From: an uncultured Ignavibacteria bacterium
GTDB taxonomy: Bacteria > Zixibacteria > MSB-5A5 > CAIYYT01
NCBI GenBank assembly: GCA_964520555.1
Contig: CAZFNN010000001.1
Location: 253,858-317,857 of the forward strand
DNA length: 64,000 bases
Direction of reading: 5' to 3'
The notes beneath the pieces are model-generated. The model did no database searches and was not told the origin of the DNA. It worked only from the letters and a program-made list of their open reading frames with translations. Positions 28,498 to 37,467 of this stretch are shown here, in pieces; within the stretch, counting starts at the first letter, position 1; each line of letters opens with the position of its first letter. A program made the translations under genes and the position numbers.

Positions 28498-30705
28498 TTA
28501 GATTGCGATACGAAATGAGAGCACCAGGCTGCGCGGAGGCATCGGCATGCGCTCCAGCAGCTCGTAGCGCTGATCGAACAAGTTGTAGGCGGCCAGGCGA
28601 ATCGTGCTGCTCGTCGGCGCCACCGTAAACGTGTATTCCAAAACAAGATCATGCAGCGCGAAACCCGGTTGAGCTTTGGAATTTGCCTCACGAATGTAGC
28701 GCTCGCCGGTGAAGCTGTAGCGATAGTCCATCCGCACCTTCTTCAACATCGCCGAGACCGTGAGTCGCTCGGTGCGATTTGGTTTGAAGGGAATAGTGTT
28801 CCCGGCGTAACCCGAACCCGTTGACTCGTTCACGGCGTTAAGAGTGTTGCGCGTGTAGCTCAATTCCAGCCGGTGATTGTGAGTCGCCAATTTGATCTCG
28901 AACTCAGTGCCGGAATGACGGGCACGATCGAGATTCACCGGCCGGTACTTGCCGTCAAACTGCCGCCGCCAGACGATCATCTCGGCCAGACGGCTGGAAT
29001 ACCAGGTGTTCTTCAATTCGAGGACAATCGGTGCTTCGTGGCGAAAGAAGATTCCGAGATCGCGCGTAACTGCGGTTTCGGGCTTGAGGTCGGGATTGGA
29101 CTCGACGAAGACGTCATCGCGCCAAAACAGCGCATCGAGCGGCGGCAGTCGATACGACTCAGCATAGCTCGCCTGCACACCAAGAACGAATGGCCGGCGC
29201 ACCTGCACGGTTCCGCCCAAATACGGCGAAGTATGGCTCTCTTTATCGACGCGATCCAAACGCCAGTTGCCCTCAAGCAAGGCAGCAAGCCACCGATAAG
29301 CCGGCGACAGCCTGATCCCGCTCACAAAGGACTCGGTGCGCTGACGCGTTCGCGGCAACGAGCGGCCCGGCGCGACGAGATCGTCATTGAGAAATGTCTC
29401 GCCGGTGACTTCCCCGCCGACGTGCGGCTCGAACCACGAGGCGACCGACGGACTCCAGTCGACATCGACACGCCGAAGAATCTGGAGGTAGTTCTTTTCG
29501 TAAGGCAGGTAAGCCTCACGATCGCGGAAGTACTGACCGATTTGGCGTAATGCGACGCCGACCCGGAGGTTGGACGCATCGTAATTGGCTGCAAGAAGCA
29601 GGTTCTCCCGCTTGGCAAGAGTCGCGCCGGTCGTCTCTTGAAAGATCGCCCCGGGCAGGCCGCTGTGGCTGTTGGCTTGATGGATGATTGCCGACAGCCG
29701 CTGCCACCGTCGGGGCCGAAGTGAAGCAAACAGCGAATAGGCGCGACGGAAATTGTTGCGGCGCTCCAGATCACCGAGGTACGGGTGGGTATAGCTGTAG
29801 TCGTTCGCTTGCTGCGAGTAGTCATAGCTCAATGCCACAGCAGTGCCGAGCAGTTGTGCGCCCGCCGTTGTAGCGGCGGCGGTCTGCTCGAAACTCCCAC
29901 GCTGGAATGAAACCTGCAGCGACGGATCGCTGAGCAAGAGCGGCCGCCGGGTCGTGACACTCACCGCTCCGCCCAGGCCGTTCGCACCGAAGCGCGCCGA
30001 ACCGCCGGTCTTGACCACCTCAACCCTCTCGATGTTCTCGACTGGGATCGTGCTGAGATCGGCGGCGCCGCCATCGGGATTCAGGGGAACACCATCAAGC
30101 AAAATGAGTACGCTTTGCGGAGAGAAGCCCCGCAACGAAGCATATTGTGTGCGGCCATCGGATTCCAACTGCACACCCGTCTGCGCCAGGAACTCGCCGA
30201 GCGTATGCGCCACTGATGCCGCAATCTGAGCACGACCGTACACGACACTTCCCGGCGAAACGGAACGGGTGGAGGTAATCGTCTGCGTGGGCAATTCGAT
30301 GGTGGTGGTCTGCACCCACAGCGACAGCCCAATGCTTGTGCCCTCTCGCAGCAGAATGCCCTCCCATTGCTTTGACGCAATGAAGGCTGATTCACAGCGT
30401 ACCGACATCACCCCCGGGGTAAGCCGCGAGAGTCGAAAACGACCCTGGGAATCCGTGGTGGCAGTGACTCCCTGCGGGAGCGCGGTCACCAGCACACCGC
30501 CAACGGGTACTTCCAGCAGTGAATCGCGGACGACGCCGGTGATCTCCCCGAAGTCCTGGCATCGAACCGAGGGGGCTGTCAGCAGTGTCAGTAAGACATG
30601 GCAGGCGGCGAGTGCAGCGCAAAGATGGTGCAGACGGAACCGCTGCGGCGATGAGCGCGCCGCCAACGTGCGTTGCAGAAAAAAGGCCCGGAAGAAGTCT
30701 GTCAT
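28498..30705 (-). CDS. btuB: TonB-dependent outer-membrane receptor, BtuB-like (cobalamin riboswitch-controlled), with N-terminal carboxypeptidase-regulatory-like domain
   Basis: Plug and barrel motifs (QTGVQLESDGRTQYASLRGFSPQSVLILLDGVPLN, VEVVKTGGSARFGANGLGGAVSVTT). Start trimmed to the MTDFFRAFF Met at 30705 (signal peptide, GGAG RBS) because the track's upstream extension would run into the riboswitch. A B12 riboswitch lies immediately upstream. Confidence 0.8.
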   Translation of the reverse strand: MTDFFRAFFLQRTLAARSSPQRFRLHHLCAALAACHVLLTLLTAPSVRCQDFGEITGVVRDSLLEVPVGGVLVTALPQGVTATTDSQGRFRLSRLTPGVMSVRCESAFIASKQWEGILLREGTSIGLSLWVQTTTIELPTQTITSTRSVSPGSVVYGRAQIAASVAHTLGEFLAQTGVQLESDGRTQYASLRGFSPQSVLILLDGVPLNPDGGAADLSTIPVENIERVEVVKTGGSARFGANGLGGAVSVTTRRPLLLSDPSLQVSFQRGSFEQTAAATTAGAQLLGTAVALSYDYSQQANDYSYTHPYLGDLERRNNFRRAYSLFASLRPRRWQRLSAIIHQANSHSGLPGAIFQETTGATLAKRENLLLAANYDASNLRVGVALRQIGQYFRDREAYLPYEKNYLQILRRVDVDWSPSVASWFEPHVGGEVTGETFLNDDLVAPGRSLPRTRQRTESFVSGIRLSPAYRWLAALLEGNWRLDRVDKESHTSPYLGGTVQVRRPFVLGVQASYAESYRLPPLDALFWRDDVFVESNPDLKPETAVTRDLGIFFRHEAPIVLELKNTWYSSRLAEMIVWRRQFDGKYRPVNLDRARHSGTEFEIKLATHNHRLELSYTRNTLNAVNESTGSGYAGNTIPFKPNRTERLTVSAMLKKVRMDYRYSFTGERYIREANSKAQPGFALHDLVLEYTFTVAPTSSTIRLAAYNLFDQRYELLERMPMPPRSLVLSFRIAI

Positions 30706-30729
30706 ACAACAACTCCACGGGCGGGCATG

Positions 30730-30760
30730 AAAAAACCGACCTGTGTCAAGTCGGTCAGGA
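30730..30760 (-). terminator. Expression-platform terminator/attenuator of the cobalamin riboswitch
   Basis: Minus-strand RNA: CUGACCGAC-UUGACACAG-GUCGGU followed by UUUUUUC, about 25 nt before the btuB-like start codon. Confidence 0.55.
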
Positions 30761-30799
30761 CCAACTCCTGAACCCGCGCAGGAATAAGTGAACGATGAT

Positions 30800-30945
30800 G
30801 ACTTTCGGCAGGTCTCCTGACTTGTCAGCTTCCAACCTACTCTCCCGCGCCTTCCCGGTTTCCCAGTGGCATGGTGGGGATTTCGTAGCTGCTTACAGTA
30901 GCGGGGCTGTGTGGGAATTTCACCCACTTCCCGATTAAGCAATTG
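30800..30945 (-). ncRNA. Cobalamin (AdoCbl/B12) riboswitch
   Basis: Minus-strand RNA contains ..GGGAAGUGGGUGAAAUUCCCACACAGCCCCGCUACUGUAAGCAGC.. (conserved core), GCCACUGGGA, and the B12 box AGUCAGGAGACCUGCC, in the canonical order, in the 5' leader of a TonB-dependent receptor. Confidence 0.85.
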
Positions 30946-30975
30946 CGCCGAAAATCGTTAGCGATGTCGAAACTG

Positions 30976-31004
30976 AACCTAAACCGTCGAATTAGCATTG
31001 TCAA
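30976..31004 (-). promoter_or_regulatory. Candidate sigma70 promoter for the B12-riboswitch operon (TTGACA-17 bp-TAGGTT on the minus strand)
   Basis: Consensus -35 hexamer; weak -10; located about 20 nt upstream of the riboswitch 5' end. Confidence 0.35.
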
Positions 31005-31068
31005 GTTGATTTTTATTTCGGAATCCGCAACCAGCTAACCCAAGCAGAGTATACTCTGACTCAAGCTT

Positions 31069-32841
31069 TTGGACTTGCCTCCGACAGATGTCGGGTGTAT
31101 TCTCGACGGATATTCGCCGGCACGTCCAAGCGGAGATGAGTGGAGATCAATGACGGAGACATCAGCCAAACCAGCCAATCGGGAACGAGCCTTCTCCCAG
31201 AGTCGGCTGAACTACATTGCCGAGCTGCATGACCAGTTGCGCCCGTTTCTTGCGGGCGCCTCCCTGGCAGTACTGATCTATCATCGCAAGCGCCTGGAAC
31301 TTGAGGTTCATCTACTCAACGCCGATGAGCGCAAGCGCTATTCGCTGCGGGACATCATTTCGGCCGAATACGAACATCTTGCGGCGGAGCCGGAGATCGG
31401 CGACAGCCCGATCATCAGGGAACTGAAAAAGCACTCGGCCTTGGACGTCAACCGCCTCCGCAGGTTTCCCTTTGAGGCAGTCGAATCAATCCCGGCAATG
31501 TTCCTGGTGTATGGCGGTGCGGGCTTCGAGCATCTGGTTGAGCAGGTCATTGAGAATCTCAGCGAGTACCAATTGCGTCTGCGCAATGCCGTGCTGATCG
31601 ATGCTCTCCACCGGATCGAACTCGAGCTGGAATTACTCCAGGAGACCGGCACAATCTTGTCGATGTCGATTCGGCTCAACGAGGTCTTCAAGAGCATCGT
31701 GGCGGCGCTGGAGAAGCTGATTGCGTTTGACGCCGTCGGAATCTACATCCTGAGCCACAAGGGCGAGATGATCGACGAGCTGTTTTCGCAGGGTTATCAC
31801 GAGGACGACACCCCGGCGCTGCTACGTCTGAAGGCGGGCAAAGGTCTGGTCGGCTGGGTGGCCAAGACCGGCGAGCCGGTGATTGTGCCGAATGTCGCCG
31901 AAGATCAACGTTACGTCAAAACTCGCCAAACCACGAACTCGGAACTCGTGGTACCCCTCTTCTCCGGCAATGAGGTGATCGGCGCCTTCAATCTCGAATC
32001 CGACCGACTCGACGCCTATTCCCCGTCCGATCTGGAGATGGTGACCGCTTTCGCCAATCAGGCATCGGTGTCAATTACGCGCGCCAAACTGATTCAGGAG
32101 ACGTTGGAGAAGAACAAGATCAAAGACCAGCTCCAAGTGGCGCGGGAAATTCAAAAGTCGTTCATCCCGGCGGTGCCGCCGCGCTATCCGGGTTTCGATT
32201 TCGATGCCGTGAACATCTCGTCCGACGAGGTCGGCGGCGATTATTTTGACTTCATCCCGATTGTCGATCACCAGTTGGGAGTCACGATTGCCGATGTCTC
32301 CGGTAAAGGAGTTCCGGCGGCACTGATCATGGCCTCCTACCGGGCGTCCCTGATCGCCGAAATCCGCAACAACTATGCGATCCGCACGATTCTGCGCAAA
32401 GTAAACAACCTGATCTGCGAATCGGTCGAACGCGGGAAATTCGTGACAGCGGTCTACGGCGTGTTGGATGCCAAGAACCGGATCTTTACCTTTGCGAACG
32501 CCGGCCACAACCCGCCGATTCATTTGCGGGCGACCGGCGAGGTCGAATTCCTCACGACCGGCGGCTGGACGCTGGGAATCCAGTCGGACAAGGAATACGA
32601 GGAACGGCCGATACATATAAGGAGCGGTGACATCCTGGTGCTCTACACCGATGGGGTCACCGAAGCCGAGAATCCCCGGCAGGAATTATTTGGAACTGAC
32701 CGTCTGGTCGAGTTGGTAAAATCGAATGGTAATCGCTCTGCCCGAGAAATTCGCGAGACGATCGTTGATGAGGTGATCCGGTTCCGCGATCCGGAGACGC
32801 AGCCGGACGACCTGACCCTGATGATTATCAAGGCCGAATGA
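31069..32841 (+). CDS. GAF sensor domain plus PP2C-type serine phosphatase (SpoIIE/RsbU family)
   Basis: Central GAF-like region (VGIYILSHKGEMID...GLVGWVAKTGEPVIVPNVAEDQRY). C-terminal PPM motifs GGDYFDF, IADVSGKGVPAALIMA, VLYTDGVTEAEN, DDLTLMII. The start may be the Met at about 31150 (MTETSAK). Confidence 0.8.
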   Translation: MDLPPTDVGCILDGYSPARPSGDEWRSMTETSAKPANRERAFSQSRLNYIAELHDQLRPFLAGASLAVLIYHRKRLELEVHLLNADERKRYSLRDIISAEYEHLAAEPEIGDSPIIRELKKHSALDVNRLRRFPFEAVESIPAMFLVYGGAGFEHLVEQVIENLSEYQLRLRNAVLIDALHRIELELELLQETGTILSMSIRLNEVFKSIVAALEKLIAFDAVGIYILSHKGEMIDELFSQGYHEDDTPALLRLKAGKGLVGWVAKTGEPVIVPNVAEDQRYVKTRQTTNSELVVPLFSGNEVIGAFNLESDRLDAYSPSDLEMVTAFANQASVSITRAKLIQETLEKNKIKDQLQVAREIQKSFIPAVPPRYPGFDFDAVNISSDEVGGDYFDFIPIVDHQLGVTIADVSGKGVPAALIMASYRASLIAEIRNNYAIRTILRKVNNLICESVERGKFVTAVYGVLDAKNRIFTFANAGHNPPIHLRATGEVEFLTTGGWTLGIQSDKEYEERPIHIRSGDILVLYTDGVTEAENPRQELFGTDRLVELVKSNGNRSAREIRETIVDEVIRFRDPETQPDDLTLMIIKAE

Positions 32842-32916
32842 ATTTGACTAAACTCGACCACCGTGTTAGTTTCCCCTGGTTACCATCGAAATAAGCGTCG
32901 TGAGAACGGAGAAATA

Positions 32917-34020
32917 ATGAATTTGAGAAAACTCTTGTCCCTCGGGCTGGCCGTCGTGCTGGCCGGATTCATGATGATCGGCTGCGGCGAAGACGATGAG
33001 CCTGTCGTCGGGGCGGGCGGCGACCGCGAGGTCAAGGTCGCGGCGGTGACAACTCCGCCCAATACCGGCGACATCATAAACGACCCGGTCTGGGACAACA
33101 TCGACATCGCGTCGATCTGGATTGGTTCCGATTCAACGTACGGCGACTACTTCGGCGTCGGTGTGGTGCGGGTGCAAGCGATTCAGGACGGCCAGAACCT
33201 CTACCTGCGCTTCAACTGGGTCGATTCGTCCGAGTCGCGGCTGCCGGCACGCTGGATGTTTCAGGACACCTCGCAAGCTCTGCCGATCTGGTATCTGACC
33301 GCAGAGGCGATCCGGGGCAAGGCGGGAAATACTCTGCTGAACGTGGGCGAAGCCAACCGGAATCTATGGGAAAATGAGGACGCACTGGCGCTCTTCATCG
33401 ACTACGGCAATAACGGCGGCGAGCGTGCCAATTGCGCTTCAACCTGCCATTTCCGCGAGCCGAATGCGAACGGCGATACGCATTTCACCACGGGCGGCGG
33501 CAATATCGACGGCTGGATCTGGCGTGCGGGACGTACCGAGCCATTCGGGATTGCCGAGGACTACTTCTGGGGTGCCGACCGCAAGTACGACCAGTTTGAC
33601 CATGCGCTTTATTCGCGCAACTCGCGCTTGCCGGAGGTCGACGATTTCCAGGACACAGAACCGCGCCTGATGCACTCCACCGGCAGCAACTTCACCGGCG
33701 AACAGCTCTTTGCGCAGGATACAGTACCGCTGCAGTTCGTCGGTCAGAACTGGCAGAGTGGCGATCACATTTCCGGCTACATCTTCGACCAGAATTACAA
33801 CACAGGCAACAAGTCGCGCTATGACGTCAACGCTCAGGCGGAATATGACGCGCAGATGAGCCGCTGGAACCTCGTGCTGTGGCGCACGCTGGCGGCGCCG
33901 AATCCGGCGGAGGATGTCGCTTTCGAGGCCGGGCACTCGTACGAAGCGACCCTCGCAATCATGCGCCAGAACATGCAACGGCATTCGGGATCGCAGCCGT
34001 TCACGCTCACATTCGAGTAG
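32917..34020 (+). CDS. Lipoprotein with DOMON/EB_dh-like (CBM9-like, possible heme-binding) domain
   Basis: Lipoprotein signal MNLRKLLSLGLAVVLAGFMMIGC. DG..DPVWDNIDIA....LYLRFNWVD pattern reminiscent of EB_dh/CBM9-like domains. Contains C-A-S-T-C-H (CX3CH). The assignment is tentative. Confidence 0.4.
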   Translation: MNLRKLLSLGLAVVLAGFMMIGCGEDDEPVVGAGGDREVKVAAVTTPPNTGDIINDPVWDNIDIASIWIGSDSTYGDYFGVGVVRVQAIQDGQNLYLRFNWVDSSESRLPARWMFQDTSQALPIWYLTAEAIRGKAGNTLLNVGEANRNLWENEDALALFIDYGNNGGERANCASTCHFREPNANGDTHFTTGGGNIDGWIWRAGRTEPFGIAEDYFWGADRKYDQFDHALYSRNSRLPEVDDFQDTEPRLMHSTGSNFTGEQLFAQDTVPLQFVGQNWQSGDHISGYIFDQNYNTGNKSRYDVNAQAEYDAQMSRWNLVLWRTLAAPNPAEDVAFEAGHSYEATLAIMRQNMQRHSGSQPFTLTFE

Positions 34021-34066
34021 GCCCGGAAACACGCGAACCAGCGATTCGTCCTGATTACGGCGACAA

Positions 34067-34102
34067 CGCCGCCGGCTGAAACGACCGGCGGCGCTCTTAT
34101 TG
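34067..34102 (+). terminator. Intrinsic terminator after the lipoprotein gene
   Basis: CGCCGCCGG-CUGAAACGA-CCGGCGGCG followed by CUCUUAUUG (U-tract weak). Confidence 0.45.
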
Positions 34103-34254
34103 CCGGCCACCCGATCATCCCTGCCCGCTTCTGTCCGCCTACCTCGGACTTCATCACTCCACCGAAAGGTGATTGCCAACGCCAGGATCGCGCACTAACT
34201 TCAGGCAGTCAGTGTCTCCCTTGGCTTGACAACGTACACGCAGGAGGAACAAGC

Positions 34255-34605
34255 GTGCAGAAGCATAAAGTATTCTCGATGAAATTCGGGAGCGTCTACC
34301 CGATGTATGTTCAAAAGGCGGAACGCAAGAATCGCACCAAGAAGGAAGTTGATCAGATCATCTGCTGGCTGACCGGCTATGACCAGGCGGGATTGAAGAA
34401 GCAAATCGAAGAGGGGAACGACTTTGAGACCTTCTTTGCTCAGGCACCACGCCTACATCCCAATAGCGCGCTGATCAAGGGCGTGGTGTGCGGGATTCGC
34501 GTGGAGGACATTGAAGATCCGCTGATGCAGAAAATCCGCTATTTGGACAAGCTGATTGATGAACTGGCCAAGGGAAAAGCGATGGAGAAGATTCTGCGGC
34601 AGTGA
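34255..34605 (+). CDS. DUF2200-family small protein
   Basis: [29 protein letters not shown]-terminus resembles the DUF2200 family. GTG start 8 nt after AGGAGG. Lower GC than its surroundings. Confidence 0.5.
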   Translation: MQKHKVFSMKFGSVYPMYVQKAERKNRTKKEVDQIICWLTGYDQAGLKKQIEEGNDFETFFAQAPRLHPNSALIKGVVCGIRVEDIEDPLMQKIRYLDKLIDELAKGKAMEKILRQ

Positions 34606-34731
34606 CGCGGCTGAAGAGTTTTCGTTGGTCAAGATTTCTTCAGCAATCTCCGAAGACAATCCAACGCCTGATGAATGCGCTCCTGACTGCAAAAGTTGAT
34701 ATAGCCGTCCGTTGCCAGCCGTGCAGCAGTC

Positions 34732-35088
34732 TCACGCAAGAAAGATCAACGCAAACGACAGAAGGACATAGAGAATCACCAGGAATCCGCCAATCCGCCA
34801 GCTTCGTTCGGACTCGCGTTCGTACTGGCTCATGATCTTCTCAACCCGGTTTATATTTAGGAACAGGATTGAATTTGTGACAAAAAGGGCCACGATTAGC
34901 GCACCAATTACGATCTTGTGATTAATCACAGGGCCCGCTTGGGAGGGAGGAAACACCTGCGAATAGGCAGCGACAGCATACCATCCGTTAAACCACGTCA
35001 TGGCCCCTATGGGCCCCCATTCGTTATTGCCTTTCCGGTTCAAAAAGCGTGACAGCTTGTAGAACAAGTAGTAATAAGGATTTATCAT
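34732..35088 (-). CDS. Hypothetical small membrane protein (2 TM)
   Basis: Two hydrophobic helices; about 45% GC, clearly below the local average; no recognisable domain. Confidence 0.35.
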   Translation of the reverse strand: MINPYYYLFYKLSRFLNRKGNNEWGPIGAMTWFNGWYAVAAYSQVFPPSQAGPVINHKIVIGALIVALFVTNSILFLNINRVEKIMSQYERESERSWRIGGFLVILYVLLSFALIFLA

Positions 35089-35243
35089 AGTAAAGACCCA
35101 TCGCCAACGTAAGTTCTGCAGCTAGTCAAAGCTTTTGAGATGGCAAAGGGGTTTCGACGTCTTCCTTTTTTCTCATCATTAAAACCCACCTTGATGAATT
35201 ATCACCTCCCGAATCGAAGGCGTCAAGCGGTTTGACGAAACCT

Positions 35244-35295
35244 CACGAAAAGACACCGCCGCCGGGTCGGATCGACCGGGCGGCGATTTTGTGTG
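35244..35295. terminator. Bidirectional intrinsic terminator (serves the cupin gene on the minus strand)
   Basis: 13-bp GC-rich stem, CGCCGCCGGGUCG-GAU-CGACCGGGCGGCG, flanked by an A-tract on one side and UUUUGUGUG on the other. Confidence 0.55.
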
Positions 35296-35314
35296 CGTCA
35301 GATGGCGGTAGTAT

Positions 35315-35662
35315 TCAACCCTGACATTGCGGTATGGATGAGATCAAGATCAGCCGGCCGTCGCCGGTATTCTTGATCTGGTGTTCCTGCTCGGCGGGAA
35401 TAAAAAGAACGTCGTCGGGTGCGAGGCGGCATTCGCGTTTGCCGTCGGTCACCAGTCCTGCCCCTTTCGTGACGAAAATCGCCTGTTCATGCGGTTCCGT
35501 GTGCATCGAAGTAAATCCACCCGGATCGATCTCAATCACCCGCATGGCAAGCTGCTGAGCGCCGTCCTCAACGGAAATGGCCACCCGGACAGAGACTCCG
35601 GTGGACTTCTCATTGCGGAAAGCATCCCGCTTTTCGACCTTGTTGTAGTTGCGGACCTTCAT
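35315..35662 (-). CDS. Cupin-domain protein
   Basis: Start trimmed to the MKVRNY Met. G..H.H...E.IFV..G conserved cupin motifs (MHTEPHEQAIFVTKGAG; DVLFIPAEQEHQIKN). Confidence 0.65.
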   Translation of the reverse strand: MKVRNYNKVEKRDAFRNEKSTGVSVRVAISVEDGAQQLAMRVIEIDPGGFTSMHTEPHEQAIFVTKGAGLVTDGKRECRLAPDDVLFIPAEQEHQIKNTGDGRLILISSIPQCQG

Positions 35663-35755
35663 TACGACTCCTCTCGCTGGGCGAAAAGTACACGAGCAGC
35701 GGAAGCAAGTCAATTTGTTCTTGACTCCATGGCACCGGCGGGCATAATGGAGCCA

Positions 35756-36559
35756 ATGGAATTCTGTATATCGACCAATATCGACCGGCAAATCAATATT
35801 GCGGACTGGTATCAGGCCGTCGCCGCCGCCGGTTTTCGGGCGCTGGCGCTGAATCGGGATACCACGCACTGCAGCTACGAGGAGGCCACCGGTCGACTGC
35901 AGTTGATTGCTGAAGCGAAACGGCTGGATTTGCGCTACTCGCTATTGTTCGTGCCGGTCGGAATCGACTACGATATCACCTGCAAGCACGGCGAAACGCG
36001 CATGGGCGCGGTCTGCGCAATCGCCAATGCCATGCATGCCGCGCAGGTCCTCGGCTGCAGCGCAATCGTCTTGAGCGTCACGCATGCCTTGCCGACCCGC
36101 CATGGCAGCGACACGAGTTCGGCACTCGCTGCGCTGACCGATCTGGTCGAAACCGCCGAGAATATGCGAATCAATCTGCTGCTCAAGAATCTGATCGACT
36201 CCGCCTCCCTGGCGACGCTGGAGGCGGCGTTGGCGGAGTTTCCATCACCGCGCCTCGGCGTCTGCTATAATCCCGCACTGGATCTGCTCTCGGGGAAGCC
36301 GCCGTATCGTTTTCTCGAAACGCAGGCGAACCGAATTCTGGCGCTGCAGTTGGCCGACACCGATCGGCGCACGCCTCGTAATCGCATGATGTTTACCGGA
36401 CTGGTGGACTGGCATCGGCTCGCAGCATTCCTGTCGATCGCGCCTCGTATGCCCCTTCATCTAGATATCGATGTGACGCCGGAAGTAACCGCCGGCGAGC
36501 ACTTAGCGTCTTTGCGAGCTGCCGCAGATCGGCTGGTCGAGTTAATGCACGCTGTCTAG
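35756..36559 (+). CDS. Xylose-isomerase-like TIM-barrel protein (sugar phosphate isomerase/epimerase family)
   Basis: 267-aa protein from MEFCISTNI. The N-terminal part of the track ORF (35381-35755) overlaps the cupin gene on the opposite strand and is rejected. TTGACT-17 bp-CATAAT and a GGAG RBS lie immediately upstream. Confidence 0.5.
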   Translation: MEFCISTNIDRQINIADWYQAVAAAGFRALALNRDTTHCSYEEATGRLQLIAEAKRLDLRYSLLFVPVGIDYDITCKHGETRMGAVCAIANAMHAAQVLGCSAIVLSVTHALPTRHGSDTSSALAALTDLVETAENMRINLLLKNLIDSASLATLEAALAEFPSPRLGVCYNPALDLLSGKPPYRFLETQANRILALQLADTDRRTPRNRMMFTGLVDWHRLAAFLSIAPRMPLHLDIDVTPEVTAGEHLASLRAAADRLVELMHAV

Positions 36560-36582
36560 TCCGCGATCGTAACTCGCACCGC

Positions 36583-37455
36583 TCACCCGCGTTGGGTCAG
36601 CAACACGCCGATGATAACCAGCGCGCCACCCAGATAGAAATCGAATCCCAGCGATTCGCCGACCAGCACAACGGCCAGGATCGCAGCAATGATCGGCTGC
36701 AGATTCTGGAAAATCGCCAGTTTGGAGGCTTCCATGCGGCCGAGCGCCCAGTACCAGATCGTGTAGGAAATCACGGAAGTCAGAATTGCGATGTAGAGGA
36801 GCGACAACCATCCGGTCGTGGAAACGCCGGAGTAGTCAAAGCGAGCGGCGAAGTAGGCGCCAAAGGGCAAGTACTGGAGCGTTCCGATGGTTAGCGCCCA
36901 AGTGGTCGTCGTGAAAGCGCCGTACTTCTGGATCATCGGTTTGCCGAGAATCGTGTAAGCCGCCCAGGCGATCACGGCGAGAATGACCAGAACATCGCCA
37001 AGCAAGATCTCGGCATCGAAACGCCCGGCGCGCAGTATCACAGCGACACCGGCAAACGAGACGACAATCCCCAGCACCTTGCGGATCGTCGCCTTCTCTT
37101 TCAGATACCAAAGTGCCAGCAGAAAAACGAACACTGGTGTAGCACCGTAATAGAGCGCCGACCGGCCAGCCGTGGTGTATTTGAGGCCATACAGAAATAG
37201 CAGTTGATTCAGTGGTATTGCCAGCAGGCCGATGAAGAACAGCTTCCACCAATCCGCGCGTTCGATCCGTCTCAGGCGGCCGGTCAGGCGGGCGATGATC
37301 AGCATGGCGCTGGAGGCGATCAGAAAGCGAGTAAACGCCAGCGTAAACGGGTCGAAATCGTTGAGCGCAAGTTTGGCGACGGGAAATGTGCCGCCGGCAA
37401 TCAATTGTCCGATGACGATCACCGGATAGAGGAAGCGCGTCCTATGATCGGTCAA
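36583..37455 (-). CDS. EamA/DMT-superfamily transporter
   Basis: Ten predicted TM helices, duplicated EamA halves, 290 aa. Confidence 0.75.
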   Translation of the reverse strand: MTDHRTRFLYPVIVIGQLIAGGTFPVAKLALNDFDPFTLAFTRFLIASSAMLIIARLTGRLRRIERADWWKLFFIGLLAIPLNQLLFLYGLKYTTAGRSALYYGATPVFVFLLALWYLKEKATIRKVLGIVVSFAGVAVILRAGRFDAEILLGDVLVILAVIAWAAYTILGKPMIQKYGAFTTTTWALTIGTLQYLPFGAYFAARFDYSGVSTTGWLSLLYIAILTSVISYTIWYWALGRMEASKLAIFQNLQPIIAAILAVVLVGESLGFDFYLGGALVIIGVLLTQRG

Positions 37456-37467
37456 GTTGGTCCGCGA

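Noticed and set aside
30706-30942. Upstream extension of the TonB receptor ORF (track start at 30942)
   Set aside because: This stretch is the riboswitch expression platform and aptamer on the same strand. A Met at 30705 with a signal peptide and GGAG RBS is the plausible start.
35381-35755. N-terminal 125 codons of the long plus-strand ORF 35381..36559
   Set aside because: It overlaps the cupin gene on the opposite strand and has no domain similarity. The TIM-barrel homology and a promoter/RBS begin at about 35720-35756.
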